Positions 34,901-48,600 of a stretch of DNA of 64,000 bases are shown in pieces. Location: contig JAAOMT010000222.1 of the NCBI GenBank assembly GCA_016748015.1, forward strand, positions 623,924 through 687,923. The letters run 5' to 3'. The notes below the pieces were generated by a model. It searched no databases. It had not been told where the DNA came from and saw nothing but the letters and a program-made list of their open reading frames with translations. Origin of the DNA: Geosiphon pyriformis uo1. Lineage: Eukaryota > Fungi > Glomeromycota. Positions within the stretch are counted from its first letter, which is position 1. Each line of letters starts with the position of its first letter. Both the position numbers and the translations under genes were made by a program.

Positions 34901-36563
34901 GAATAGTGAAAATTTTTTCATTTTATGGATTGTTTTTTTCTATTCTGCCAACAGCTTTTTGTCATTTCATTGGAATGCTGATCTTAGAAGTTCTCAGTGA
35001 CAGTATATTCTTCGGGGTAGCTCGTTTGTTGAAGTGCTATGGGATCGCTTTCATGAATTAACTATTAACCAAGAAGGGTAAGTGCTTTGACTGGAAATGT
35101 TTTAAGCATTGGAAGCAGTTGGATCTGCATGGTCCTGTCCCAGTCTGGTTTGACTTGGCCATCTGCTTTTTGGGTGCTCATTTGTTAGCTGCTAATGTCA
35201 GGCCATGTATGTCTATTGACCGTTCAGAGTACCCTGTTGTCACCAGCACAATCAGTAAAGCTCAAAATATTCTTTTAGATTCTGGTCTGGTCTCATTTGA
35301 TGTGTATACAGACAGTTCTGTGAAACAATTTGGTTCTTGTTTTGTAGTAGCCGGGGCTGCTGCATTCTTCCCAGAGTTTGGCCTTGGAGTTGGTGCGAGA
35401 GTTCAGGGGGTCATGTCATCTACTTTGGTGGAACTCAAGACTATTGTTTTTGCACTCACCTGTGTCCCTTCGGATAGTAGTGTTTTTGTCCACTCTGATA
35501 GCCAGACTGCTCTTTCTGCTTGTTCAGACAAATTGCTTTTGGCTCGTCCAGATTTCTGAAAAAATCTTTGGATGGAGCATAGGAGGAAGTCACTTGTTGT
35601 AACATGGTTTAAAGTCAAAGGCCATTCTGGCATCCTAGAGAACGAGTGCGCTGATGAGATTGTCTCGGATGCCTGCTGGCATGACGTCTCATTTTCTACT
35701 TATGTCGATGAATTTTTTCTAAAATTGAGTGATCTGGTGTTATCTTGCAACATTTAACACTACATTAGGGACTTTTTTTATACTTTATATCATGCAAATT
35801 GGGAAAATGAGTTTGGTTCTAAGATCAGCAATATTTGTAATATTAATTCAATGGATTGGAAGAAAATTTTTGCAGTCTGGCACCTTGATGGTCACATGGC
35901 TTCTGGCTACATGAGCTGTTAGTCGGCAACTTTGAGGTCTTATTTTATGAAATCATTGTATGGCCGTCTACCTGTAGTAGCTCGAAAGCATGTGTACTAC
36001 ATTTCTTATCTTAGTGTTATATGTGTGTTTTGCAATATAGTTGACATATCTGAACATTCTTTTGTGTGTTTCTCTGATACATTGGCTCACAATAAAATCT
36101 TGTCTAAGTTTTGTGTGAAGTAGTCGTCACTGCCTAATGTCACTATCTCTTCTTCTATAATGGTACAGAACCTATCTTTTGGTACAAGTGATGCTGGGTT
36201 TTATTCCATGTTGGCTAAAGGCTTCGTGCTGAGTGGCTGGTACTATGAGGCTTTGGATGTTCTTAGTTGCTTTGTTGCAGCTGGTGCAATGATAATTGAT
36301 TTTGTCAGGAATCTGACTTCATTCCACAGATCTGTGATATGGTATGGGAAATCTAGCCATTGATTATTTATAGAAAAGACAGAAAAAATAGTTACCGATA
36401 GCAGTGTGTCGCATTTAGTGGATATTGTTAGAGGTAGGCTGAGTGTCGGAGTTGTCAGATTGCTTAGTTTAGATGAGACCAAAGAAGTGTATTCTGGTAT
36501 GCATACTAGTTGTTAGATTTTTCAGGTATGGGGGGTATGGTATCAGTGGTTGCTAATTTGTAG
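31901..36563 (+). pseudogene. LINE2 ORF2 (APE-RT-RNaseH-CCHC)
   Basis: ORF fragments 31862-36363 carry the same domain motifs as LINE1 ORF2, with many transition-derived stops. Confidence 0.92.
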
Positions 36564-36696
36564 TGTAGTCTGGACTAGCCCAAGTGGCTGGTCACATGTT
36601 GTAAGCACGTGAATTGCATTTAGCTTTGTGATGTGTATTTATTACATGTACTCTAGATAGTGGTTGGGCCATACTCGTTAAACCGAAAAAAAAAAA

Positions 36697-39130
36697 TTAC
36701 AAGTTTTGATATAATTAGCAATGTTTTTTTTTAAAATAAACCAATAATAATAAGCAAGTAATTTCTGAATTTTTTTTGTTTTTTCAAAGTATTTAGTTAA
36801 TAAATTAGTATATATATTATAGATTATAATTTTTTTTTTCAAATTTGATAACTTTCTAAAAATAATTAAAAATTTTTCTATTTTTTTTATATAGTTGGTT
36901 TTAGTAGATTAAATAAAAATTTAATTGTTTTTACAAATTTTTTTTTTGCTGTTGAGTATAATTTAATAAATATTGTTTTTTATTCAAAAATTTTATTAAG
37001 GCAGAGTAGTTATTTAAGTCCATTATTATGTTTGGTTAAAAAAAAATTTACTAATAATTAAATTAGTTTGGTTTATAAAAATTGTATTATTATTAGATGA
37101 TAAGTCTAAAAAGAACATCAGAATTTTGATGATTTGTTTTTTTATAATATTGTATATTATAATCAAATTTATTCAAATAGAGTATTTAACAAGTTATTTG
37201 TTTGTGTTTTAGTTTTTTTTCTTGTACAGCCAAATAAAAACTTAATGATCTGTTATTATCAGAAATTTAATACCAAAAAAATATTTGTCTTAGTAATTAG
37301 TAATCTATATTACTGTTAAGTATTTTTGTTTAGTAACTAAGTAGTTTTGTTTTGCTGGAAAAAATAATCAGCTGATATAAGCTATAGTATGTTTTTTGTC
37401 ATCTTTATTTTTTTGGAAAAAAACAGTACCAAGTTTAAAAGCAAATACATTAGTATAAAAAATAAAAAATCAATTCAAATTAGATTATATAAGAATAGAT
37501 TTTGTAACTAATTTTTTTTTTAAAATTTTAAAAACTTTTTGCTAATATGTGCTCCAGTAATAATTAATAGTTTTTTTAAATAGCTAATTAAAAAAAAACC
37601 AATTTTAGAAAAATTTTTGACAAACTTTTAATAATAAAAGACCAAACCAAAGAAAAAGCATAATTTATGAATGTTTATTGGTTGTTTAATGTTTTAGATC
37701 TTTGAGTATATTATTATGTTATCTAAGTAAATTAAAATAAAGTTTTTTTTACTAATTTGAATATTTTGTCTATTAAGTATTAAAAAATAAGAAAAGCATT
37801 AGTAAAACCAAAAACTATGACTGTAAATTTATAGATATTATATTTGATAATGAAAGCAAATTTTTTTTTGCTTTTTAAATCTATTTTTATTTGTCAGAAT
37901 CTAGTAATTAGATTAATAGTTAAAAAAAAAGCAGTATTATTGAATTGGTCTAGTATTGTATTAATCTTAGAGAATAAATATATATTTCTTTTAATAATAG
38001 TATTTAATTGGCAATAGTTGATATAGAAGCATAGAATTCCACTTTTTTTGAATACTACTATAACTGAAAAGACTTATTTGTTTTTGGTTTCTTGTATAAA
38101 TTCAAGATTTTTTATTTGGTTTATTTTTTTTAATAAATTCATCATTGTATTAATTGGATTAATAAAATTTCAAGTAGATAGAATAAATTTTTTTGGTAAT
38201 AATAGTATGTTAAATTACATAAATTCATTCAAAAAATTTTGATATTATTAGATTGTTTTTAGCCAACAAATTTTTAATGTCTATTTTTCTTTCTTCTAAA
38301 GAAAGTTTTTTTATTATTATTATTATTATTAATTATATCTTAAATAGTTTATTTTTAAAAGACTTTTGTATTTCTTTTATCTTTTTTTAAGTTATCAAAT
38401 TGATTGGTTTCCAATTTTTGTAATAAATTAGACAGGACATATATTTATTATTAGATAAATACAATAGTTTATTATATTAATACTAAATACAAAGATTATG
38501 TTATCAATAACTGTATTTGGATTTCTTGTTAGATTTTTTATTAAGAGTTCTTTTAAAAATATTATATTAGAACCAACAAATCAGCTTGTCATTTACAATA
38601 AATTTTTTTATTAGCTTTGATATTATCTAGTGGCTTGTTATTACTGATAAAAGTAGTATAAGTAAGTTCAACAGTTTTTTTTGTTTTATTTTTTTTTATT
38701 GTTCTTTTTATAATCTAATTTATCTGATTGCTCTTTTTTTTATTGTGTTTGATTGTTGAAAGAGTTGTTTAATAATAATACTTAACTATAATAGACTTTT
38801 CATTATATTTGATAGTTAGTTTACAAAATTTATAATCAAGCAAAGCTTTTGCTTTTTTAACCCATTTATTGCTAAAAATTATGTATATTTTTTTGTGTTA
38901 AAAACTTCTATATTAGTTTTAATGCTGATACTATTAATGTGAACAAAAACAGTTTTGGCAATACCAAAATCTTTTTTTTATTACTATGTACATCAATTAT
39001 TAATTAAATAGAAGATTTATTAATTTTTCTATTAATAGCTTCCAAGTAATAACACTTACAAAAAATTTACTGTTTAAAATTAGATTAATAAAATAACCAG
39101 TCATTTGAGCTTTGTAAATCAAAGAAATAA
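36697..39130 (-). pseudogene. pol: Decayed pol of Gypsy E (protease, RT, RNase H, integrase N-terminus)
   Basis: Manual translation: LILNSKFFVSVIT (protease); VVFKKSGILCFYINYCQLNTI; IYLDNIIIYSK; NSDVLFRLII-stop; MDLNNYSAL; YYWFILKKNIANYIKTC. Confidence 0.8.
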
Positions 39131-41163
39131 CATTATTATTGTTAATAAATTTAGCTTAATAATAACACTTATTGGTTTTGAATATATTTTTCTTTAGAAT
39201 TAAAAATTTGAAATTTTTTTTTTGAATTATAAATAGATCATTAATTAGCCAAAAATAATATGTGCTAGAATTTCTATAAAATCTTTAACAATAGAATAAG
39301 AATTAAATTTTTGCACTATTTTTAGAAGTTTTAACTTTGGAAAGTTTTTAAAAACTTTAATTTTTAATGGTTTATTATTATTAACAATAAAAGTTAATAC
39401 TTTGTTAAAATCTAAAACAAAATCAATTTTGGCTTTTTTCTTTTTTTTGTAAATTCAAAGAGGTTGATAGCCAGTTCATTTATATTATGGTCATTATTAA
39501 TTAAGTTAAAAGCATAAAAAAGGTTTTTTTTTAGTTGGCTTGCACTTTTATTTTTTAAAAATGTGTTTATTAGTTTAAAAGTTAATAAACAGTAACTTTA
39601 ACTAAAAAATTCTCTCTAAAAAAATTAATGTTGACATGATTAGGTCTTTAATTAGAAGTATAATTGTTAATAAGTTTATTATTCTGGTTATTATTGTTTC
39701 TAGAAACTGAAAGAGACAAAAGAGAATTGTTGTAATTTCTAAAGAAATGTCCAGTCAATTTACAATAATAGTATATAAAAAAGTTACAATTTTATTGTCT
39801 TTAATAAAAAAACTACTAAAGCTAATTAAAATGGAGTTTAAATCTGAATTTTTGGAATTGCTGAGTTTTTTTGACTGCTTGGGCTAAAAATTCTAGTAAC
39901 TAAACAAAATTGGCTGTAAGTTTATTTATTAATTATTTATTAAGATTTTAAATTTAGATAGCAAAAAAAATAGTAGCTATTTAAGAAGCAAAAGCCAGAA
40001 TAAAAACAGAAGCAAAAACAAAAAATGTAAATTTTAAACGTATCTTTTAATTGTTTTCAATTTTTTAAGCAAGTTTAATGACCATATCTATTGTAAAATT
40101 ATTTTTTAGAGCCAAAAAAGACCAAAAAATATACAAAATATCAGTTTTTAATTTTTTTTGTAAAAAAATGTATTTTTTATTTTTCTGTCCAATTTTTTTT
40201 AGAGTTTATTTGTTTAATAAGCTTTTTAATTGCTTTGGCATATTTAATTACAACTTTAAAATTTTTTTTTCTAATTCTATATGTCATTTAGAAATTAAAA
40301 TAAGAGTTTTAAATTTGGTTTTAAACTGAATAGTAAAAGAAATTTTTTTTTTCAATATTTGTTAATGTTTATCTAATAATTTTTTAGTAAACATCAGCAT
40401 CAGTTTTTTGTAAGAACCAGATAGCAGAAGACTCTTGAAAATAACCACCAATAATTTAGAACTTGTATTCTATATTATATTAATTAACAATAATTATTCT
40501 TTTAAAGTTATTTAACTATTTAATTAGGTCTTAAACATTACTTCTGAATAATAGTAATAAGGTGTTGTTTTTTAATTTTAAAGTAATTTGTATATTTTAG
40601 AAGACGAACAAAATGTTTGTTTGTATGTAATTAGCAGTTATTGATTCAAAAGTAGCTGTTTATGTAAAATAATCTGATTTACTTAAAAAAAAATCAAAAA
40701 CAGAAACAGTTTGGTAACTTTTTTTTTGTTTCAAAAGAGGTTTTAAATAACTGATAAACAGTAATCCAGATGTGAATTTGATAATTCAGATATTCAAAAT
40801 TAGAAAGCTGTTGTTTAAAAATTATTAAGTATAAAAGCTAATTAATATTGTTGTTTCTTTCTTTAAAATTGTTTTTAAAGTAAGCTTGATCAAAAAAATA
40901 AGTTGTATAAGCTATATAAGTTTTAACTGAAAGCTTATTTAGAAATCAGTTTCAAAAGTCTTGGAATTGTTTATTGAATTGTTTTTCAACAAAAAAATAA
41001 ATCAAGCAGAAAGACAAAAGATTAAGTAAAATAAAATCTAAGTTGTTTTTGTTATGTGCTTTAAAGTGTTCTTTTAATTGTTATAGCAAGTATGAATAAT
41101 TACTTATAAAAATAGAAAACAACAAGTGAATATTTAACAATCTTACAAAAAACACTACTTTTA

Positions 41164-41909
41164 TGTTATGAATTAGAATAACAAGCTAATAAATAACAAG
41201 AAAAAACAGGATTGTAAGATAATAGAAATAATTAAAAAAAAAATTACAATAAGAAGACAAATTAAATAAGTAAGGATTTAATATGTATAATCAGTCTTAT
41301 AAAAATTACAGTTGCAAATTTTTTTTAAGAATTTGAAAATAAAAAATAGTCTATAATTGTTAATAAAATAATATTGCTGTTATTATTCTATATTTCAACT
41401 TGGCAATTTTTAAAATTAATAACAGATATTATTGTACTTTTTAATTGTTTTTTATTTAATAAATCACAAAAACAAGCAATTATTTCTTAGGCTAATTTTA
41501 ACAATATAAATTAAGAAAAAAATAAAATAAAATATGTAAATGCCAACAAGTAATTTTTTATTCCAAGATATTTAAATACTTAAGGTAAAGAAAAGAAAAT
41601 AAGCAATATAAGAAAAAATAATTAATAATAAATTTTATTTTGTTATTTTAATTATATTTATCTATAACTAAAAGACTTATTGCTTATATAATTATTAAAA
41701 GTGGTTAATAACCAGATTAAAAATTAAGTTAATAATTAAGTTATTAATTAAATCAACAATTAAGTTAATGATTAAGTTAATAGTTAAGTTAATAATCAAA
41801 TTATTAATTAAGTTAATAATCATTATTTAAAAATAAAATGGCTAATTATATGACATTAATGGCTAATACATAGAATAACTAATAAAAAATATGGATTTCA
41901 ACCATAATA
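41164..41909 (-). repeat. 5' LTR, family E, with an about 12-bp tandem array (AATTAAGTTAAT) at 41722-41820
   Basis: Colinear with 17827-18444. The array is absent from the other LTR. Confidence 0.8.
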
Positions 41910-41913
41910 TTTT

Positions 41914-42316
41914 ACTAAAAAACACATATACTTAAATTTACAATTTAAAAAAACCACCAAAAAAGCTGTTTTATAATTTATTAAGTAATAATAAAATTTT
42001 TGATTTTTTGTTATCTGTTTCTGTTAATTTTATTCTGTAATCTAATATTTTGGTTAAGAAAAAAGATGTTTTAATTTAGTTAATTTTTTTGCTTTAAATA
42101 TTAATTTTATAATAATATTTAAAAAAATATTGAATAAAAAACTTAAAAATATTAGAAAATTTTTACCAAAATTAATAGTTTTGGAAAAACATCTATTTTT
42201 TTAAAGTTTTATGGTATTATTTAATTAATATTTATCTTAAAGTTTAGTTTAAAAACAATTAAATAGAAAAAAGCTTTAATACTAATACTTTTTAAGTTTT
42301 AAGAATAAAAAAACAT
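41914..42316 (+). mobile_element. Continuation of LINE0 ORF1
   Basis: IYNLKKPPKKLF...FFALNINF...KINSFGKTS matches LINE1 TYVFEHPPKQPSF...FFALDIEL...QVDGFGGA. Confidence 0.7.
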
Positions 42317-42662
42317 TGTTACTTATATAAAAAAACAGAAAATAATAATAATATAAAAATAACTAATAATAAAATAAAAAATTATTAAAAGATGTAATAT
42401 TAAAAATTTCAGAAATATTAGTAAAAATTTCAAAAATTTCATAAATACTAGCAAAAATATTAAGAATTTTAGAAATATTAAAAATTTTAATAATAACTTA
42501 AAGAAATTGTAAAAATTTTACATTATAAATATATATATATATAGCAAAAGTATTAAAAGCAAAAAAAATATAAAAATCAAACAAACTTATTTTAAAATGA
42601 ATCCAATTTTTTATTATTACTTAAATTAAATTATTATCTATTTAATAAAAACATTAATAATT
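42317..42662 (+). repeat. Probable decayed, truncated LTR related to family A
   Basis: TGTTACTTATATAAAAAAACAGA resembles the A LTR start TGTTACTCATAAAAAGAAAACAGA. TATATATAG...ATTAAAAG resembles its TATA region. Cut by LINE3. Confidence 0.45.
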
Positions 42663-45600
42663 AAAACTTCTTTTTCTCTTTTATTCAAAATTTTCAATAA
42701 AGAGTCAAAAAAGTTTTTCTTGAAAAAAGTTTTTACAATTTAATATGATAAATCCAAACCGTTTTTGCTTGATTATGAAGTCATTATTGGCTCCAGTAAT
42801 ATTGTCATGAAAAAAACTACAAAAGTTTCTGGTTCAATTGATGGATTTAATATCATTTTGCCAAAGAAAAAAAAAAGGTGGTGTTCTAAAAGATAGCATT
42901 AGCAATAAAAAAAGTTCAACTAAAATGCAGAGTGGTTACTTTTGGAGTTTAGAGACTGGTGACATTACTAAATCTGAAAGTATTAACATAAAAAAAGAAT
43001 GTCTGATAAAAGAGACCAGTTTTGATTATGGTGAAAATGATGTTTTTGCTGGTAAAGATCCTAATCAAATACTAAAAAGTTCCCAAATTCAAACTAAAAA
43101 AGCACTGGGTAAGCCATTGGGTGTAATCAGATTCTCTGATAGTGGCAGTATTAATGGTTTTTTCTTGGATGCTCTTCTTAAACTCTTTCTATCTTTGAAA
43201 AATCTAGTCAACATTTCTGTTTGTAAATTGTTTGCTTTGAATATTGGGCTTGATAAAGTTTTTTAAAATTCTTCTCAGAAGAAATTTATGGTAATTAAAA
43301 GATTGTTTTCAGGAATTAATGGTTTTAAGGGGGCATCTACCCTTTTAAAATTTTCAGAAATTATCAAAGCTATGTTTACCTACAAATTGGGTCTAATAAA
43401 TGCCACCAAAATGACTACTGGTGCAAAAATTATGATAAACACTAATCCTAAAAAATTCACTGGACATTCTAATCAGACTGTGGTTTTAAAAAAAATTCCA
43501 ATTGGTATTTCTACAGAGGCTGTGCACACTGTGCTATCTGAGTTTGGCATTATTAAGTCAATCAAAATGCAATTAGTAGAGCTGTGGCAGAAAGCAATAG
43601 TTAAATTTGAACAGATTGATTATGTTGATTTGGTTACAGCAAAATGGTCTATTCTAATTAGGAAGGATGTGGTACATTGTTACCAGAGGTTTTTGGTCTC
43701 TTTTCTTGAATGTTGTTAATGTCTGTTTGTTGTGAATTTACATTTTCTAGAAGTAGTTGAACCTCCAATAACTGAATTTATCTTCAAATTATCTTCTATA
43801 ATTTGAACTGCTGGGCTTATAAGTGGAATGGCCAATTCCATGCCAGCTACTTTGTGTAGTTATGTTGTAGTAAATGTCAACTTTTTTTCAGAAATTGCTT
43901 GTTTAGAAGCTCACTAAAATGTGTAGTTACTTTGCTGTGAAAGTCAACTTTTCTACAGAAATCTTGTTTGTAGGCTACCTTAATGATTATAATAAGAAAA
44001 GAAAAGAAAAATAAAGGAAATATAAAAGAAATAGAATTTTGTTAAAGGAAACATTTTCTATTCAGGCCTGGAGTTACTAAAAGATTATTAAAATTGGTAG
44101 CTAATTAATTTCAAAATGTTAGTTTGTGTTGAGAAAATTTCAAGTACAATAATCAAAGAATTTGGGTTTCAAATATTTAATTTTTTATTTGAAATGTATA
44201 AAAGATGATTTGTTTTAATTAAGATATCTAAAGTAGAATACTATGTTAAGATACTATAAAAAGATACATTTTTTTGAAGAGAGAAGCTTTTTTTTTATAC
44301 AACTTGTTGTAGTACTAGTCTTTGAACTTGCACTTTTCTTTTTGCTATAATTTGGGTAAACTAAAAATACATTTTGGCAAACTACAAGTTATTTCACTGA
44401 ACTATTAATTATTTCGACCAATTTTCATTAATTTCGGCAAATTTTGACTATGTTAAATGGTTTAGAGTATTTTGTAATTTGATTATCTTAATTTCTATAA
44501 TATAAATCAGATTATTGATTGAGTAATGATATTTAATAATTTGATTAATTAATAAGTAATAATCGAAATAATAATAATATATGCTAATTAATAATAGGAA
44601 TTATGAGAGTAATTTCATGCTAATTAATAGCTAAAATTTTACTAATAACATAATCTCCTCCTCAAGACTGAGCTTCATTGAAGTCCAAACATTATCTGTG
44701 ATATTAAGATAGTAATCCAAAATAATTGAAGTAATCTGGTCTGAAAATTGTTAAAATTTTAGTTTTGTGAGCTTTTCAATGTATTAAATTTTTATTGGAT
44801 AGAGTATTGGATTTTATAGAATGTTTTCACAAGTATTGAATAAATCATAGAGTCTGACTGCTGCTCTAAGTTTGTAATGAGTGTTTGTTAGTCCAGCTGC
44901 TGTCTTGAATTCATTGTGAATTTGTTTTTGTATAGCTTTAGAAATGATATTAGTTGCTTTAAGTTCCAGTTTTCGTTCATAAAGTGTTTTTCTAATATGA
45001 AAATATTTATAAATAAGAGTATGTTCATTGTTTTGTTTATTAACTGCTGTATTGCTAAGCAAGAATAGTAATTCATTGGCTTTAAATTCAAATAGAAATA
45101 TATCTGAGAGATTGACATTTTGAGCAATTTGAGCTGGTAGAATAGTATTGTTGAAAGAGTTTGATTTTAGTGCTGCAACTTCATTTTCAGAAAGTGCAGT
45201 TTGTTGAAAATCCGATTTTTCAGGTTTTGTAAGATAACTGGGTTGAGTGTGATAGTGTTTGGGTCTTTGCTGACCAGAATTTCGGAGAATCAACTGGTTA
45301 TTTGGGTTGATTCTGTTGTTGTTATTCTGAAATTGATTTTAAGATATAAATTGGTTATGTTGAATCAATTTTTGGGCTGGTACTTGATATTGTTGTGTAG
45401 GTAACTGATACTGTTGAATTGGTAGAAATTGTTGATATTGTTATTATGGAGCAGGTTGATAGTAATTGGTTTGCTGTTGGAGTCTTGAAAAATAGTGGGC
45501 TAGTAGTGGAGACTAATAATAAGATTGCTGTATTAAAGAGTAATATTGATTATTCCTATTTTGTTGGTCTTTTTGTAGCTTTTTGCAATCTCATTTCCAA

Positions 45601-48600
45601 TGTTCTAGAATCCCACAATAATGACAACTTTGGTTTTGGCTGTTTGATAATATTGAGTAGTTGTTTTGGTTTTGTTATTGTAATAACTGATATCTTTATG
45701 GTTGTTGCTATTGTTGTTAGTTGGTGAAATAGTTTTTAACCTTCTTTGTAAGTTAGTCAATTTTTTTTAGCTGTTAAGCTGGTTTTTTCAATAGCAAGAT
45801 TCACAAATTTGGTATGGTTTGCTTCTTTCATTGCTATTTCATAGTTTTTTGCATGTTTAATGGCTGTTGCTAAGTCTTCTGAAACATGTGAGTGAACTTT
45901 CTTGATCAATTTGTTTTTTAATCTTGCTATAAACTGATCCAAAATCTGGACATTAGAATAGTATTCATTGGTTTTCAATTGTCGAATTCATCAAAAAAGT
46001 TTATTGAATCTTTCAAGATAGATTATAACAGTTTCAGATATTTTTTGTTTAATATTGTAAAAGCAATTACGGAGAGTAATAGAGGTATTGTTGTTAGTGA
46101 ATTGTTGTAAAAAAGCATCTTTGAATGCTTGTCAGTTTTCAAATAGTTCTTTTATGTTTTTAAACCATTCTCCTATAGTTTTTTGAAGAAAGTATGAGAT
46201 TGTTTTGAGCATTCTTGCTGCATTCCAACCATTTGCATTTTCTGCTTTCTGGATTTTGTCAAGCCATTCTTAAGGGCTGATATCATTATCTTCACTAGTA
46301 AATTCTGGGATTTTTGCAATATAAGCAGTTGTCATTTCTTCTTTGTTTTCTGTAGTTTCTTCTTGTTCTAATTTAGTTTTCTCACTTTCCAAATTCTCTG
46401 AATGATTACTTTTGTTTTCTTATAGATAATCAATAATATTGGTGTTAATTAATATGAGTTCTTGTTGTTGAGTAGAACTTTTGGGTGACTGAAAATTTTT
46501 TGGTCTTGAGAAATGGATAAGTGGTGAATTTAGTGTTTGTGATTGAGCAAGTGAAATTAGAAAGAATGTGACTGAGAGTGGAAATCTGGTGCTAGTTTTT
46601 TGTTCTGGAGTTTGCAAGTATTTGGCAGTTATTTTTGGTGTCTTTGGAGTGGTTGGGGTGGTGCTTAAATGTTGCTTTAGTTTTTTTTTGCCTCTGTTGC
46701 TTGTTTCTGTTTCTGATTCAAAGTTAATAGAGTATCTAGATTGTATTGGGTATTTTTTTTCACAATATTGAATAATGCTAAAGTTAAGTTCTTGGAAGTA
46801 GGTAGCAAGAGTTTCACTGTTCAGGTCTTTTGTTTCTAATTGTGAATAGTATACTAAATTATTGTAAAGATTGCTTTTAACTTTTGAAATGTTGTAGTTT
46901 CCAAAAAGATAATTGTTGATGCAGTTTTCAATGTATTGGTATACTGATTTCTTGACAACTTCAATTCCGTCTGAGATGTTGAATTTTTGCTTGCAGTAGG
47001 TGTAAATTGACTGATAATACTCTAGAGTTGTTGTATCTAGTATGGTTGCCACTTTGAATTTGTTGTTGCTGTATTATTTCTGTAGAAGAACACCAAATAT
47101 TACTGGAGGTTTTTGGTCTCTTTTCTTAAATGTTGTTAATGTCTGTTTGTTGTAAATTCACGTTTTTTAAAAGTAGTTGAACCTCCAATGACTGAATTTA
47201 TCTTCAAATTATCTCCTATAATTTAAACTACTGGGCTTATAAGTGAAATGGCCAATTCTGTGCTAGTTACTTTGTGTAATTATGTTGTAGTAAATGTTAA
47301 CTTTTTTCCAGGAATTGCTCATCTGAAAGCTGACTAAAATATGTAGTTACTTTGCTGTGAAAGTCAACTTTTCTACAGGAATTTCATTTGTAGGCTATCC
47401 TAATGATTATAATAAGAAAAAAAAAAAAAAATAAAGAAAATATAAAAAAAATAGAATTCTTTTAAGGGAAACGTTTTCTATTCAGGTCTGGAATTACTAA
47501 CAGATTACTGAAATTGGTAGCTAATTAATTTCAAAACGTTAATTTGTGTTGAGGAAATTTTAAGTACAATAATCAAAGAATTTGGGTTTTGAATATTTAA
47601 TTTTTTATTTAGAATGTATAAAAAATAATTTGTTTCAATTAAGATGTCTAAAGTAGGATACTATATTAAGAGATTATGAAAAGATATATTTTTTTGAAAA
47701 AAGAAGCTATTTTTTTATACAACTTGTTATAATACTAGTCTTTGAACTTGCACTTTTCTTTTTGCTACAATTTGAGTGAACTAAAGATACATTTTAGCAA
47801 ACTACAAGTTATTTCATTGAACTATTAATTATTTTGGCCAATTTTCATTAATTTCGGCAAATTTTGACTATGTTAAATAGTTCAGGGTATTGTGTAATTT
47901 GATCATCTTAATTTTTATGATACAAATCGAATTATTGATTGAGTAATAATATTTAATAATTTAATTAATTAATAAGTGATATTCAAAATAATAATAATAT
48001 ATGCTAATTAATAATAGGAATTATGAGGGTAATTTCATGCTAATTAATAGCTAAAATTCTACTGGTAACAACGTGTTGCTAGGTTTAATATAAACAAAAA
48101 ATCATGGAATGCAAAAGATGTTCACAAAGCACTATTGTACACTTTGCCAATAGGAACTAATATACATGATATTTGGAATTACATCATCTTAGTTGGTAGG
48201 AGAACTTGTATCATTGACTATCATCTGGTTTTATATGCTTGGGTCTGGTGTGTTACTGTATGTTTTAATTCTGCTGAATTATTGGATACAATCATAGAAA
48301 CCACACTAATATTGAAGGGTGCCAATTTGTATTGGTTTTGTCTTGTTTCAGTTAAGTATGTTAAGTGTAGAAACTCAGGTCATATATCTTTAGACTGTGT
48401 CATAGATAGAAAACTTTTGTCTGGTGCTTTACTGTATAAAGCATTTTTAGAATCAAATAAAAGCAGGATGGCCACCATTTATGCCAAACATTCAGCTTCT
48501 GTTGTCTGACTGATTGCTTTTGGTGGTGCTTTGTGGACAAGTATTGCTGATGGGTCTTTTTTTTCTTCTTTTTCTGCACATAATGGTTTGGTCAAACTTG

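Larger units (their letters stand above)
29901..36696 (+). mobile_element. Full-length LINE (LINE2, divergent family), inserted in the integrase of Gypsy E
   Basis: ORF1 30022-31904 and ORF2 31901-36563 (TCNVRG, AFVDD, YTDSS RNase H, CVFC..HSFVC). 3' motif at 36564-36623 and poly(A). TSD ATTATAAGT (29892-29900) / ATTACAAGT (36696-36704). Confidence 0.93.
17827..41909 (-). mobile_element. Heavily decayed Ty3/Gypsy family E, carrying nested Gypsy B (18706-28566) and LINE2 (29901-36696)
   Basis: LTR pair 17827-18444 and 41164-41909. Decayed PBS at about 41144-41157. Protease LILNS at about 39070, RT (FYINYCQLN, IYLDN) at 37700-38070, integrase (FDKISIDV, INYFTKW) at 29300-29900. It splits LINE0 ORF1 with 4-bp spacing (CTAT/TTTT). 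Confidence 0.8.

Noticed and set aside
45020-45060. Deletion produced by splicing of a subgenomic RNA
   Set aside because: There is no GT donor at the join, and the CAG candidate acceptor at about 27212 is CAT in copy 2. Microhomology explains the junction.
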